A stretch of 64,000 bases of DNA from Verrucomicrobiota bacterium (GTDB taxonomy: Bacteria > Verrucomicrobiota > Kiritimatiellia > JAAZAB01). Each line of letters opens with the position of its first letter. Position 1 is the first letter of the stretch. The stretch is from assembly GCA_043814705.1 (NCBI GenBank), contig JBDRJR010000122.1, forward strand, positions 9,295 to 73,294, in the 5' to 3' direction. This document shows, in pieces, positions 48,908 to 59,114 of the stretch. Both the position numbers and the translations under genes were made by a program. Below the pieces are notes generated by a model. The model was not told the DNA's origin. It did no database searches and saw only the letters and a list, made by a program, of their open reading frames with translations.

Positions 48908-50253
48908 AAATATTACGGGAACTGTTCCGTTCCAAAGGCGGCATCCATCCGGCGTCCCGCAAGCGGGCAACCGCCGCCATGCCTGTTGAAAACATGCCGT
49001 TATCGAAAGTTTTTTTCGTGTCCATGGTCCAGCACATGGGTGCACCGGCCCGGCCGATTGTAAAAAAAGGCGATGCCGTCATGCGCGGGCAGGTTCTGGG
49101 CGAAGCCGGGGGCTATGTTTCCGCGCCGGTCCACGCGCCAACCTCCGGCAAGGTCATCGCCCTCGGCGAACGCCCGACCCAGGCTGGCCTGCCGGCCGTA
49201 TGCGTGGAGATTGAGACTGACGGCGCAGACCGCTGGGACCCCGCAATCCAGCCTGGCCCCGACTGGAAAACCATGGAGCCCAAAGTCCTTGTGGAACGGA
49301 TCGTCACTGCGGGCATCGTCGGCATGGGCGGGGCCGGATTTCCCACCCACGTCAAACTTTTACCGCCGGCAGGTAAAACAATTGACACCTTGATCATTAA
49401 CGGCGCGGAATGCGAGCCTTACCTGACCGCCGACCTGCGGCTCATGGTGGAAATGCCGCAAAGCGTATGGACCGGAGCGCAGATCGTGCGACAGATTCTG
49501 GGCGCCCGCCGGATAGTGATGGCCATTGAGGACAATAAACCCGATGCCATTCAGGCCATGCGCGCCGTCATGCAAGCGACGGACGCCGAACTGGTCGTCC
49601 TGAAAACCAAATATCCGCAGGGAGCTGAAAAACAATTGATTTATGCCGTAACCGGCCGTGAGGTGCCATCCGGCGGCCTACCCATGGCCGTCGGTGCGCT
49701 CGTGGAAAACGTCGGCACCTGCGCCGCCATTTACGAGACAATCACGGCGGGACGCCCATTGACGGAACGTATTGTGACCGTCACAGGCGCCATGATCCGG
49801 ACACCTAAGAACTTGCGTGTGCGCATCGGCGCCCCACTGTCAGACCTGGCGGCTTTTTGCGGCGGGATGGCGGGCCAGCCGGGCAAAATTGTTTGTGGCG
49901 GTCCAATGATGGGCCTGGCCCAAGGTTCGCTGGAAACGGCGGTGACCAAAACAACCTCAGGCGTAGTGCTCTTGCCGCGCCAGGCGGTTCAGCAATTTTC
50001 ATCAATGCCATGCATAAGTTGCGGCCGTTGTGTTTCGGCCTGTCCAATGCGACTGATGCCGAACACGCTGGGCGAGATGATCGAGGCTGATGATATCGAG
50101 GGCGCCGAGGGCCTCGACGTAATGGATTGCATCGAATGCGGGGCCTGCGCCTACGAGTGCCCGGCGCACCGGCCGCTGGTTCAGCACATGCGCCGGGCCA
50201 AGGCGGAGATCGCAAAACAGCGCCGCGAAAAGGAAACGGCAAACAAGGGATAA
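48904..50253 (+). CDS. rnfC: Rnf complex subunit C (NADH-binding, 2x[4Fe-4S])
   Basis: GMGGAGFPT NADH/FMN region. CISCGRCVSACP and CIECGACAYECP motifs. Confidence 0.9.
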   Translation: MKILRELFRSKGGIHPASRKRATAAMPVENMPLSKVFFVSMVQHMGAPARPIVKKGDAVMRGQVLGEAGGYVSAPVHAPTSGKVIALGERPTQAGLPAVCVEIETDGADRWDPAIQPGPDWKTMEPKVLVERIVTAGIVGMGGAGFPTHVKLLPPAGKTIDTLIINGAECEPYLTADLRLMVEMPQSVWTGAQIVRQILGARRIVMAIEDNKPDAIQAMRAVMQATDAELVVLKTKYPQGAEKQLIYAVTGREVPSGGLPMAVGALVENVGTCAAIYETITAGRPLTERIVTVTGAMIRTPKNLRVRIGAPLSDLAAFCGGMAGQPGKIVCGGPMMGLAQGSLETAVTKTTSGVVLLPRQAVQQFSSMPCISCGRCVSACPMRLMPNTLGEMIEADDIEGAEGLDVMDCIECGACAYECPAHRPLVQHMRRAKAEIAKQRREKETANKG

Positions 50254-50360
50254 GATTGCCGTGAATTGCGAAAACACCGTTCTCTGCAAATGGCTAAAGA
50301 GTTGCCATCCCCGCGACAAGCGGGAATCCGGATTGAAAAAAACTTTGGTTTGGGAGTTTT

Positions 50361-51434
50361 GTGAAGTTATTTAAGGGACGCTACCGCAATATGAATGCAC
50401 CTGTTGAAAATACTCCGCCATTGGCGGCCGAAGAACCCGCCTGGCTGGTGAGTAGTTCGCCGCACGCGCATTCGGGCGATTCGGTACGCAAGATCATGCT
50501 TGCGGTGATTATCGCGCTCATGCCGGCCCTGGCGGCGGCCATCGGCTTGTTCGGCTGGGATACTCTCCGTCTGACGGGCATTTGCGTTGTCAGTTGTGTG
50601 GCGGCGGAATTTACGACGCGCAAGCTCATGCGCCGCAACAAGGGGATTGATGACTTAAGCGCCGTGGTCACCGGCCTTTTACTGGCATTCAACCTGCCGC
50701 CGGCGCTCCCGGGCTGGATGGCAATCGTCGGTTCCGTGGTGGCAATTGTCATTGCCAAGCAATTTTACGGCGGGCTGGGTTATAACCCCTTCAATCCGGC
50801 CCTGATCGGACGTGTATTCCTGTTAATTTCGTTCCCCGTGGCCATGACAACCTGGAGTCCGTGGCACATCATATCGCCGGCGGCCGGCGTGGATGCAATC
50901 ACCACGGCCACACCATTGGGATTGGTCAAGACGATGCTCGGCACAGGTCAACCCCTGCCTTTTGCATTCGACGGCGCCACGATCCTTCAATTTTTTATGG
51001 GGAATAAAAACGGGTGTATCGGCGAAGTATCCGGCCTGGCGCTCCTGGTAGGCGGGATGTATCTCCTGTGGCGGCGCTGTATTTCCTGGCAAGTCCCGGT
51101 GTTTTACATCGGCACAGTGGCGGTTTTTGCCGCGATCCTCTGGCTGGTGGATTCAGCTCATAATTATAATCCCCTTTTCCATATTCTGACCGGCGGACTG
51201 ATCCTGGGCGCATTTTTTATGGCCACGGATATGGTAACCACACCGGTTACGAAAGCCGGCCTGGCGTTTTTCGGCATCGGCTGCGGCATACTGACCATGG
51301 TCATCCGCAAGTGGGGCGGATACCCGGAAGGGGTCAGCTTTGCAATCCTGATCATGAACGCCTTCACCCCGCTGTTGAACCGCATGACCCGGCCACGGGT
51401 CTTCGGACACGGCAAAGCAAAGAAAACCCAATGA
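50361..51434 (+). CDS. rnfD: Rnf complex subunit D
   Basis: NqrB/RnfD family with the flavinylation site region (TGATP..). The true start is possibly ~50391. Confidence 0.9.
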   Translation: MKLFKGRYRNMNAPVENTPPLAAEEPAWLVSSSPHAHSGDSVRKIMLAVIIALMPALAAAIGLFGWDTLRLTGICVVSCVAAEFTTRKLMRRNKGIDDLSAVVTGLLLAFNLPPALPGWMAIVGSVVAIVIAKQFYGGLGYNPFNPALIGRVFLLISFPVAMTTWSPWHIISPAAGVDAITTATPLGLVKTMLGTGQPLPFAFDGATILQFFMGNKNGCIGEVSGLALLVGGMYLLWRRCISWQVPVFYIGTVAVFAAILWLVDSAHNYNPLFHILTGGLILGAFFMATDMVTTPVTKAGLAFFGIGCGILTMVIRKWGGYPEGVSFAILIMNAFTPLLNRMTRPRVFGHGKAKKTQ

Positions 51435-52012
51435 AAGACATAATTAAAATGGTAGTAGTGCTGACGGCCATCAGCGTGGTGGCCGGATATCTATTGGCAA
51501 CGACCAATAAAATCACCAAGGCGCCGATCGCGGCCGCGCGCCTGGCAGAAAAAATGGATGCCATGAAAAAAGTCCTGCCGGACTACGATAATAATCCGGC
51601 GGTAAACACCTGCGTCGTGCAGGAAGCCGGCAAACAATGGACGTTTTACGTGGCGCGCAGGCAGGGTGTCTTCGCCGGCGCCGCCTTCGAGGCCGCCTCA
51701 GATCAGGGCTACAGCGGCACGATCCGCATCCTGGCCGGGATCCTTCCGGATAATAGCATCAAGGGCTTGGAGATCATTGAACAGACCGAAACGCCGGGTT
51801 TGGGCGCAAAAATTTCGGAAAGCGCCTTCAAGGACCAGTTTCAAGGCAAAGCGATTTCCCACACACGCTGGATGGTGAAAAAAGACGGCGGTGATATTGA
51901 CGCCATCACCGGCGCCACGATTTCACCACGGGCCGTTATTTCCGCCCTGACAACAGGGCTGGCGGTATATACAAATCATTTTGACAGGATCGCGGCCACG
52001 GACGGCAGATAG
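51431..52012 (+). CDS. rnfG: Rnf complex subunit G (FMN-binding)
   Basis: N-terminal TM anchor and the FMN attachment motif (ITGATIS). The start overlaps the rnfD stop (ATGA). Confidence 0.85.
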   Translation: MKDIIKMVVVLTAISVVAGYLLATTNKITKAPIAAARLAEKMDAMKKVLPDYDNNPAVNTCVVQEAGKQWTFYVARRQGVFAGAAFEAASDQGYSGTIRILAGILPDNSIKGLEIIEQTETPGLGAKISESAFKDQFQGKAISHTRWMVKKDGGDIDAITGATISPRAVISALTTGLAVYTNHFDRIAATDGR

Positions 52013-52113
52013 AGGTCAGAGATCAGAAGTCAGAGGTCAGAGGGCGGAGGGCGGAGGACAGAATAAAAAATGTGCAGGAGCCGATCCCCAATCGGCGATA
52101 AGCGAGGCAACCC

Positions 52114-52782
52114 ATGCGGTGTTACAAGGAATTGATTAAGGGACTGTGGACGGAAAACCCCATTTTCAGGATTGTGCTGGGCATGTGCCCTACCCTGGCG
52201 ATTACGACCTCGGTCAATAATGCCGTCGGCATGGGATTGGCCGCCACGTTTGTGCTGGTCTGTTCCAATACCGCCGTTGCGGCCGTGCGCAATATCGTGC
52301 CGGGCAAAGTCCGGATTCCGTGTTACATCGTGATTATTGCCACCTTTGTCACGATTGTGGACCTGTTGATGAATGCGTTTGCGCACGAATTGCACAAAGC
52401 CTTGGGTATCTTTATTCCACTGATCGTGGTGAACTGCATCATCCTGGGCAGGGCTGAAGCGTTTGCCAGCAAGAACGGCGTCTGGCTGTCGCTTGCTGAC
52501 GGCATTGGCATGGGCATAGGCTTCACGCTGGCGCTGATTGTGGTTTCCGCCGTCCGGGAAATTCTGGGAAACGCCACCCTGCTGGGTTATGCCGTCGGCC
52601 ATTACCAGTCCGTCCTGCTGATGGTTCTGCCACCGGGTGGATTCCTGACGTTGGGCTGTCTGCTGGCGCTGATGAATCACATCCAAGCTTGCATGGCTTT
52701 GCATAGCGGACGCACATACGCCCCATCCCCTGCTCTCGACTGCCGCCACTGCATGATCTGCAAATGGGATGAGGAAAAATAA
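52114..52782 (+). CDS. rnfE: Rnf complex subunit E
   Basis: LWTENPIFRIVLGMCPTLAITTSV is the RnfE/NqrD signature. Confidence 0.9.
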   Translation: MRCYKELIKGLWTENPIFRIVLGMCPTLAITTSVNNAVGMGLAATFVLVCSNTAVAAVRNIVPGKVRIPCYIVIIATFVTIVDLLMNAFAHELHKALGIFIPLIVVNCIILGRAEAFASKNGVWLSLADGIGMGIGFTLALIVVSAVREILGNATLLGYAVGHYQSVLLMVLPPGGFLTLGCLLALMNHIQACMALHSGRTYAPSPALDCRHCMICKWDEEK

Positions 52783-52791
52783 AAATATTTC

Positions 52792-54234
52792 GTGAAATTC
52801 GAATTAATACTTGCATTCGCCGTTTTGACGCCACTGCTTGGCTCGTTTTCCCTGCCCCTGATTGGCCGCTGGTCGGAACAAACACGTAATGGATTAGCGC
52901 TGATTTTTGTGCTGGTGGCGCTCGGCATGGCGGTCATGCTGGTTCCGTTCGTTACCGCCGGACTGACTGTCTCCGTGCAATTGGCCGGATTTACGCTCTT
53001 TTACGCCGACAGCCTGGCCGTGTTCATGGCCATCGTTTCATCCCTGGTAGGCGCCGTCATTGTCCTGTATTCCTTCGGTTACATCCGCCACTATCCCTGG
53101 CGGAATGAATACTATTTCATGGTGGTCCTCTTCCTGGGCGCCATGATGGGGCTGATTTTCGCGCGAAACCTGCTCGTCCTTTACCTGTTCTGGGAAATTA
53201 CGTCCATTGCCTGTTGGCGGCTAATCGGCTTTTTCCGGGAAAAAAGCTATGTGCTCAAAGCCGACAAGGCCTTTCTCGTCACCGTATTCGGCGCCCTGGT
53301 AATGCTCATGGGGTTTATTATAATTTACAGTCAAACGGGCTCTTTCGATCTGGGCCGGATCCAAACGGCCCTTCAAGGCCGGCCGATCTCTAATATCGCG
53401 GTATTGCTGATCCTGTTCGGCATTTTGTCAAAGTCCGCCACGGTGCCTCTGCATACCTGGCTTCCGGATGCCGGTGTAGCGCCCGCGCCGGTCACGGCGC
53501 TCCTGCATGCCGCCGTGCTGGTAAAAATCGGCGTTTATGTATATGCCCGGTTGTTTCTCGCCGGCATGGCGATCGAACCAATCTGGCACACGGTGGTTCC
53601 GGCCATTGCGGCGGTCAGCGCGCTTGTTGCGGCCGGCGCGGCCCTGGTCGAAACCAACTTGAAACGTCTGATCGCCTATTCCACGATCAGCCAGATCGGA
53701 TTCATCTTCCTGGGACTTTCCATCGGCAACGAAATCGGCATTGCCGGCGGTTTGCTTTATATCCTCATGCACGGGATTGCCAAGGCCGGCCTGTTCCTGT
53801 GCGCCGGCATCGTCGAACAAAACGCTAAAACCAAGGACATTACCCAGATGGGCGGATTGATCACCACGATGCCCGTGACCGCCGTTGCTTTCCTGCTTTG
53901 CGCATTTTCGGTAATGGGCATTCCGCCGACGGGCGGTTTCTTCAGCAAGTATATGGTCATTACCGGCGCGGTAACCAGCGGGCAGATAGTCATTACCCTG
54001 ACATTCATTGTCGGCGCGTTCCTGACGATCATTTACCTGTTCCGCGCGTTCACGCTCGTGTTTCTGGGCGAATCAAAGCTTGCGGCGGGATTCCGGCCGG
54101 CGGAAGGTTCGCCGGTAATGGTCTTCAGCGTTGCCTTCCTGGGCGCACTGGCAATCCTCAGCGGATTATTCATTAATTTTCCGTCGCAATTTGTTCAAAC
54201 CGCCGTGCACCAGATGCTGGGGCTAATTCAATAA
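52792..54234 (+). CDS. Antiporter-like subunit 1 of the membrane-bound hydrogenase (NuoN/MrpD-type proton-conducting membrane transporter)
   Basis: ~14 TM helices and the conserved TWLPDA motif of the complex I/Mrp antiporter family. Confidence 0.8.
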   Translation: MKFELILAFAVLTPLLGSFSLPLIGRWSEQTRNGLALIFVLVALGMAVMLVPFVTAGLTVSVQLAGFTLFYADSLAVFMAIVSSLVGAVIVLYSFGYIRHYPWRNEYYFMVVLFLGAMMGLIFARNLLVLYLFWEITSIACWRLIGFFREKSYVLKADKAFLVTVFGALVMLMGFIIIYSQTGSFDLGRIQTALQGRPISNIAVLLILFGILSKSATVPLHTWLPDAGVAPAPVTALLHAAVLVKIGVYVYARLFLAGMAIEPIWHTVVPAIAAVSALVAAGAALVETNLKRLIAYSTISQIGFIFLGLSIGNEIGIAGGLLYILMHGIAKAGLFLCAGIVEQNAKTKDITQMGGLITTMPVTAVAFLLCAFSVMGIPPTGGFFSKYMVITGAVTSGQIVITLTFIVGAFLTIIYLFRAFTLVFLGESKLAAGFRPAEGSPVMVFSVAFLGALAILSGLFINFPSQFVQTAVHQMLGLIQ

Positions 54235-54377
54235 CGCGACCTGAATGACCGCAACTGTTTCATTTGGCCGTCCCGATGCGCTTGCACGATCAGAATGACA
54301 CCGTGGCCGCCGAAGGAATCCACGCCCTCACGGGCGCGGCTACCAAAATTTACATTCTGATATAAGTAGCCAATAGT

Positions 54378-56234
54378 ATGCGCAACTATTTTTTATTTGA
54401 ACCGATTGTGCTTCCTGTTGCGGCGGGAATACTGGCTTTGCTGTTCCGCCGCGAGCAGGGCAAGGCCTGCGCCTGGTTTTGCACGGCCGTTGCGGCGATC
54501 CATCTGGCCATGGCGGCATATCTGTTCGGGAAAGAATCAAGCCTGACTCTGCCCTGGGGCGCATTTGGTTTTGAATTCTCCTTGCGGCTTTATCATTTCA
54601 GCGGTTTCATCCTGCTGGCGGCGGCGGGATTCGGTTTCCTGATTGCGCTGTATTCCACGGCCTTTATGGACGGCGGGCGCTTCCTGAACCAATATTACGC
54701 GTATTTTCTGTTAACGCTGGGATTGGTCAACGGCGCCGTCCTGGCCGACAACCTGATTGTCATGCTCTTCTTCTGGGAAAGCTTGCTCCTTACGCTGTTC
54801 GGCATGATTATCATCGGCCAACCCGGGGCGTATAAAACCGCAGTCAAGGCGTTCATCATTTCAGGTGTCGCCGACCTCTGCATGATGGTCGGAATCGGGA
54901 TGACCATTTATATCGCGGGCACCATGACAATGTCGCAGATTCGTCTGCCGGTGGGCGCATGGAGCAGTGCGGCATTTATTTTTCTGATGATCGGCGCCAT
55001 CGCCAAGTCCGGGGCCATGCCTTTTCACAGCTGGATACCGGATGCCGCCGTGGATGCCCCCTTACCCTTCATGGCGCTGGCGCCCGCGGCCCTGGATAAA
55101 ATGCTTGGCATCTATTTCCTGGCCCGCATCGCGCTGGACCTCTTTGTGCTGACACCCCTCTCGTGGCTCTCGCCTCTGCTGATGGTTATCGGCTGTATCT
55201 CGATTCTCCTGGCCGTCATGATGGCCCTCATCCAGCGGGACTATAAGCGCCTGCTCGCGTTCCATGCCATCAGCCAGGTCGGCTATATGATCCTCGGTAT
55301 CGGGACGTGTGTGCCAGCGGGAATTGTGGGCGGCCTGTTTCACATGATCAACAATGCAATTTACAAGAGCGGGCTGTTCCTGACAAGCGGCGCCGTGGAA
55401 AAACAGGCCGGCACCACCAACCTGGCCAAACTTGGCGGTCTGGGCGCCCGGATGCCGCTAACTTTCATTTGCTACATCGTGCTGGCGGCATCCATTTCCG
55501 GTGTGCCGCCTTTCAACGGTTTTTTTTCCAAGGAACTGGTTTATGACAGCGCCCTGGAGGCCGGACGGATTTGGCACGTGGGTTGGATTTTCTATGCGGC
55601 CGCCCTGCTGGGCTCCTTTTTTACCGCCGCCTCGTTCCTTAAACTGGGCCATGCGGCCTATCTCGGCCAACCTGCCGCCGATCATTCCAAAGTCAGGGAA
55701 ACTTCATTCGTAATGCTGATCCCCATAATCGTCCTGGCCGCGCTTTGCGTTCTATTCGGGGTATGGAACGCCCTGCCGTTGAATCACCTGATCCAGCCAA
55801 TCCTCGGCATGCACCCGCCGGAAGGACAAACGTTCGCGGGTTGGCCCGCCAGCACGACCATCGTTCTGCTGACAGTCCTTGTTTTGATCGGCGCGATCTT
55901 GAATCACCTATGGGGCGCGAAACGCGCCGGCAATGGGTTGGGCGCCGATGATCACATCCATTACGCGCCGGTTCTGCATTCGCTTTATGACAAGGCTGAA
56001 CGCCGTTTGTTCGATCCTTATGAAATCGGGTTAAAGATTGCCCACGTCATCGCCCGCATCGCCTGGCGCATAGATCGGGGGATTGATTATGTATATGACA
56101 CCGTAGCCGTGAAGGTGACCTACGCATTGTCCGCCGGCATCGGCAAGGCTCATACGGGCAGTTTGTTTGTCTATTTAGCGTGGGCGCTGGCGGGGCTGAT
56201 TTTAATTATTGCGCTGATCATGGGAGGAATCTGA
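54378..56234 (+). CDS. Antiporter-like subunit 2 (NuoL/MrpA-type, 618 aa)
   Basis: HSWIPDA motif. It is longer than the M/N types, with a C-terminal extension. Confidence 0.8.
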   Translation: MRNYFLFEPIVLPVAAGILALLFRREQGKACAWFCTAVAAIHLAMAAYLFGKESSLTLPWGAFGFEFSLRLYHFSGFILLAAAGFGFLIALYSTAFMDGGRFLNQYYAYFLLTLGLVNGAVLADNLIVMLFFWESLLLTLFGMIIIGQPGAYKTAVKAFIISGVADLCMMVGIGMTIYIAGTMTMSQIRLPVGAWSSAAFIFLMIGAIAKSGAMPFHSWIPDAAVDAPLPFMALAPAALDKMLGIYFLARIALDLFVLTPLSWLSPLLMVIGCISILLAVMMALIQRDYKRLLAFHAISQVGYMILGIGTCVPAGIVGGLFHMINNAIYKSGLFLTSGAVEKQAGTTNLAKLGGLGARMPLTFICYIVLAASISGVPPFNGFFSKELVYDSALEAGRIWHVGWIFYAAALLGSFFTAASFLKLGHAAYLGQPAADHSKVRETSFVMLIPIIVLAALCVLFGVWNALPLNHLIQPILGMHPPEGQTFAGWPASTTIVLLTVLVLIGAILNHLWGAKRAGNGLGADDHIHYAPVLHSLYDKAERRLFDPYEIGLKIAHVIARIAWRIDRGIDYVYDTVAVKVTYALSAGIGKAHTGSLFVYLAWALAGLILIIALIMGGI

Positions 56235-56236
56235 AC

Positions 56237-57694
56237 ATGCCCATGTTGCTCATTATCGTCCCATTGCTGGCTGTCCTGGCGTTGAACCTGCCGTGGATGC
56301 GCCTGATGAACCGGCTGGCTATCTGGGTCGGCCTGGGATTGTGTCTGGCCCAGGCCGGCCTGGTAATTTTTAACCCGGCTTTTTTCCACAACATACCGTC
56401 GCTGTGGCTCGGCCGCCTGCTCCTGTTCGAGTCCACGGTGGATCATCTCGCGCTGGTCATGTTCCTGGCCATTGCCATCGTGGGCGCCGGGGCGTTGATG
56501 GTCTGCCGCCATGCGGTTTTCGCGACGGCTGAGTCTGCTTTATCAGGGGTGTGCGTCAACAACCGTTTTCTGGTCATTAATCTCGTGATCTTGGCACTGA
56601 CCGGCATGAACGGCGTGGTGCTCGCCAATGATCTGTTCTCGTTATACGTTTTTCTGGAAATCACGGCCGTAGCTTCCTATATCCTGATCGCAGTTGAAAA
56701 AGGGCGCGATGCCTTCGAGGGCGCATTCAAGTATCTGATCATGTCCGCCGTGGCCACCGCCCTGATCCTGGCGGCCATTGCCCTGTTGATGCTGACCGCC
56801 GGCAGTCTGTCTTTCGCACATATCAAACCGGCAATGGACGCCTCACCCCATGGCCGCGTTGTCTTGGCGGCTATAGCCCTGCTGGCGGCCGGACTGTTCA
56901 TCAAGGGCGGCCTGATTCCGTTTCACGGCTGGCTGCCGGACACCTACTCGGCGGCGCCCGCGCCGGTATCCATCCTGCTGGCGGGTATTGTTACCAAGAC
57001 CACGGGCGTGTACACGCTGATCCGGGTGGTAATATCTGTCATCGGGTTCAACGCCTCGCTCCAGACCCTGTTTTTGTTGATCGGTGTTGTTTCGATGCTG
57101 GTTGGAGTGCTGGCGGCCCTCGGTCAGAGTGATTTCAAACGCATGCTGGCTTACTCCAGCATCAGCCAGGTCGGTTATATCGTGCTGGGTTTGGGCGCCG
57201 GGACAAATCTCGGTATTGCCGGCGCCATATTGCACTTGTTCAACCATGCCATTTTCAAGTCGCTCCTGTTTATTAACGCGGCCGCGGTGGAACAGCAAAC
57301 CGGCACTCGCAACATGAACCGGCTGGGCGGCTTAGCCGAAAAAATGCCGGTAACCGGCTTTACCGCGATAATTGGATTCCTGTCCACGGCGGGTATTCCA
57401 CCCCTGGCGGGATTCTGGAGCAAGCTGATCATCATCGTGGCGCTTTGGCAGACCGGCCATATCGTTTATGCCGTTGCCGCCATCCTGGCCAGTCTGTTAA
57501 CCTTGGCATATTTGCTCTCCATGCAACGACGCGTATTTTTCGGGAAACTGGCCGCGGGTTATGAAAACCTCAGGGAAGCAAACGCCTGGATATTGATTCC
57601 GGCCTGCGTCCTGGCGCTGATTACAATCGGCGTAGGCATCGGCATCCCATGGCTGTTTGAAACGTTCCTGCTTCCCATCCGCAGTTTGTTATAA
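56237..57694 (+). CDS. Antiporter-like subunit 3 (NuoM/MrpD-type)
   Basis: HGWLPDTY motif. The start at MPMLLIIV lies 2 nt after the preceding stop. Confidence 0.8.
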   Translation: MPMLLIIVPLLAVLALNLPWMRLMNRLAIWVGLGLCLAQAGLVIFNPAFFHNIPSLWLGRLLLFESTVDHLALVMFLAIAIVGAGALMVCRHAVFATAESALSGVCVNNRFLVINLVILALTGMNGVVLANDLFSLYVFLEITAVASYILIAVEKGRDAFEGAFKYLIMSAVATALILAAIALLMLTAGSLSFAHIKPAMDASPHGRVVLAAIALLAAGLFIKGGLIPFHGWLPDTYSAAPAPVSILLAGIVTKTTGVYTLIRVVISVIGFNASLQTLFLLIGVVSMLVGVLAALGQSDFKRMLAYSSISQVGYIVLGLGAGTNLGIAGAILHLFNHAIFKSLLFINAAAVEQQTGTRNMNRLGGLAEKMPVTGFTAIIGFLSTAGIPPLAGFWSKLIIIVALWQTGHIVYAVAAILASLLTLAYLLSMQRRVFFGKLAAGYENLREANAWILIPACVLALITIGVGIGIPWLFETFLLPIRSLL

Positions 57695-57757
57695 TATTTC
57701 AAATTATTACGCCACAGGCGGAGCGGCCGGAGACATGAAGCTTTTTGGAAAAACCGT

Positions 57758-58282
57758 ATGATTAATCCCGTCTTTTTCATCGTGTTGCTGTTCCTCCTCC
57801 TGCTGATGGGGATCGCAACGGTTATGACGCTTGATCTGCTGAAGTCGGCCATAGGACTGGCCGTGACCAGCGCAATCCTGTCGTTTCTGTTGTTCCGCAT
57901 GGACGCGCCCCTGGCCGGCGTTTTCGAGCTTTCCGTCTGTGCCGGCCTGATTATTGTCGTATTCATTAATGTCATCAGTTTGACCAAGCCGCTGACGGAC
58001 GCCGCCGCGCGCGCGCGCGACCGTAGCCGGGTCAGGCGCTTCATTTGCCTGCCGATCCTGATCGTCATTCTGGGCGGGATCTTGTATATTCTGCGCCCGC
58101 AGATGGATCTGCCCTTGCCGCCGTCCAGCGTCGTAACGGATGCGCGCGAGATGCTTTGGAATGTCAGGCGGATGGATCTCGTCGGCCAGATTCTAATTAT
58201 CCTGGCCGGTGTGTTTGGCGTCGTGATCCTGTTCAAGGAACGGCCCGATATCAAGGGACCGCGGGGGGAGGGTAATTCATGA
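57758..58282 (+). CDS. MnhB/MrpB-like small membrane subunit
   Basis: 174 aa with 4-5 TM helices and MrpB-domain-like organisation. Its stop overlaps the next start (ATGA). Confidence 0.6.
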   Translation: MINPVFFIVLLFLLLLMGIATVMTLDLLKSAIGLAVTSAILSFLLFRMDAPLAGVFELSVCAGLIIVVFINVISLTKPLTDAAARARDRSRVRRFICLPILIVILGGILYILRPQMDLPLPPSSVVTDAREMLWNVRRMDLVGQILIILAGVFGVVILFKERPDIKGPRGEGNS

Positions 58283-58599
58283 TAGCCCATGCGCAAACGC
58301 TGTTCGCCGCAGGTGTAATTTTCATAATACTGCTGGCGGTCACGGCGCTTTATTGCATCCTTATCAGCCGCAACCTGATCCGCATGCTGATCGGCCTGGA
58401 ACTGCTGGTCAAGGCCGTCACACTGCTGATCGCTCTGGCCGGTTATCTCGGCGGCCACATGGCGCTGGCGCAGACCATGATCATTACGATGATCGTGATC
58501 GAGGTCGTGGTCATCGCCGTGGCGGCCGGCATTGTCATCGGCGCCCACCGCCACAACCATTCGCTGGATGTCAGGACACTGAGGAACCTGAGGGGATAG
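58279..58599 (+). CDS. NuoK/MrpC-like 3-TM subunit
   Basis: 106 aa, three TM helices, and a LIGLELL-type motif (MLIGLELLVKAVTLL). Confidence 0.7.
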   Translation: MIAHAQTLFAAGVIFIILLAVTALYCILISRNLIRMLIGLELLVKAVTLLIALAGYLGGHMALAQTMIITMIVIEVVVIAVAAGIVIGAHRHNHSLDVRTLRNLRG

Positions 58600-58604
58600 A
58601 GCAA

Positions 58605-58698
58605 GAAATTTGTAATTCGAAATTTGGAAGAGAGACAAAACATGGCTATGCATTCAAAACGCGCGAAGACGAATATCTAATTTCCAATTTCTAATTTC
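58605..58698. repeat. MITE-like element, copy 3 (GAAATTN inverted arms) inserted between two hydrogenase membrane-subunit genes
   Basis: Left arm gaaatttgtaattcgaaatttgg, right arm ctaatttccaatttctaatttc. It fills the whole 113-nt spacer between the 58599 stop and the 58713 start. Confidence 0.65.
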
Positions 58699-58712
58699 AA
58701 AGGATTCGATCT

Positions 58713-59048
58713 ATGGATAACTGGCTGTTATGGACGCCGTTCACATTTTTGCTGATTCTCTTCACGACGCTGATTTTGTTGAGGGGCTTGGCTTTGTTTT
58801 CATCAACTTCCAGGGGCGCCGTCCCGGGGGGCAAGCTCAAACCCTATGCCTGCGGCGAGGATATGCGGGAAAACCGGGGCCAGCCGGATTACAGCCAGTT
58901 TTTCCCGTTCGCGGTTTTTTTCACCATCATGCACGTGCTCGCGCTCGTGGTGACGACCGTTCCCGTGCACGATTGGCCGGCCGTTGAAATCGCCATGGGA
59001 TATTGGATTTGTTCCTCCATCGGATTGTTCATTCTGTTCCGGAGATAG
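58713..59048 (+). CDS. NuoA-like small membrane subunit
   Basis: KLKPYACGE matches the NuoA/ND3 KxxPYECG motif, followed by a hydrophobic FxxFxxVA-like helix. Confidence 0.55.
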   Translation: MDNWLLWTPFTFLLILFTTLILLRGLALFSSTSRGAVPGGKLKPYACGEDMRENRGQPDYSQFFPFAVFFTIMHVLALVVTTVPVHDWPAVEIAMGYWICSSIGLFILFRR

Positions 59049-59114
59049 GTTTTCTGGAAGAAATGGTTAATGGCTAATGGTTGATGGTCAATGTTATTCA
59101 GGAGACAGGCATCC

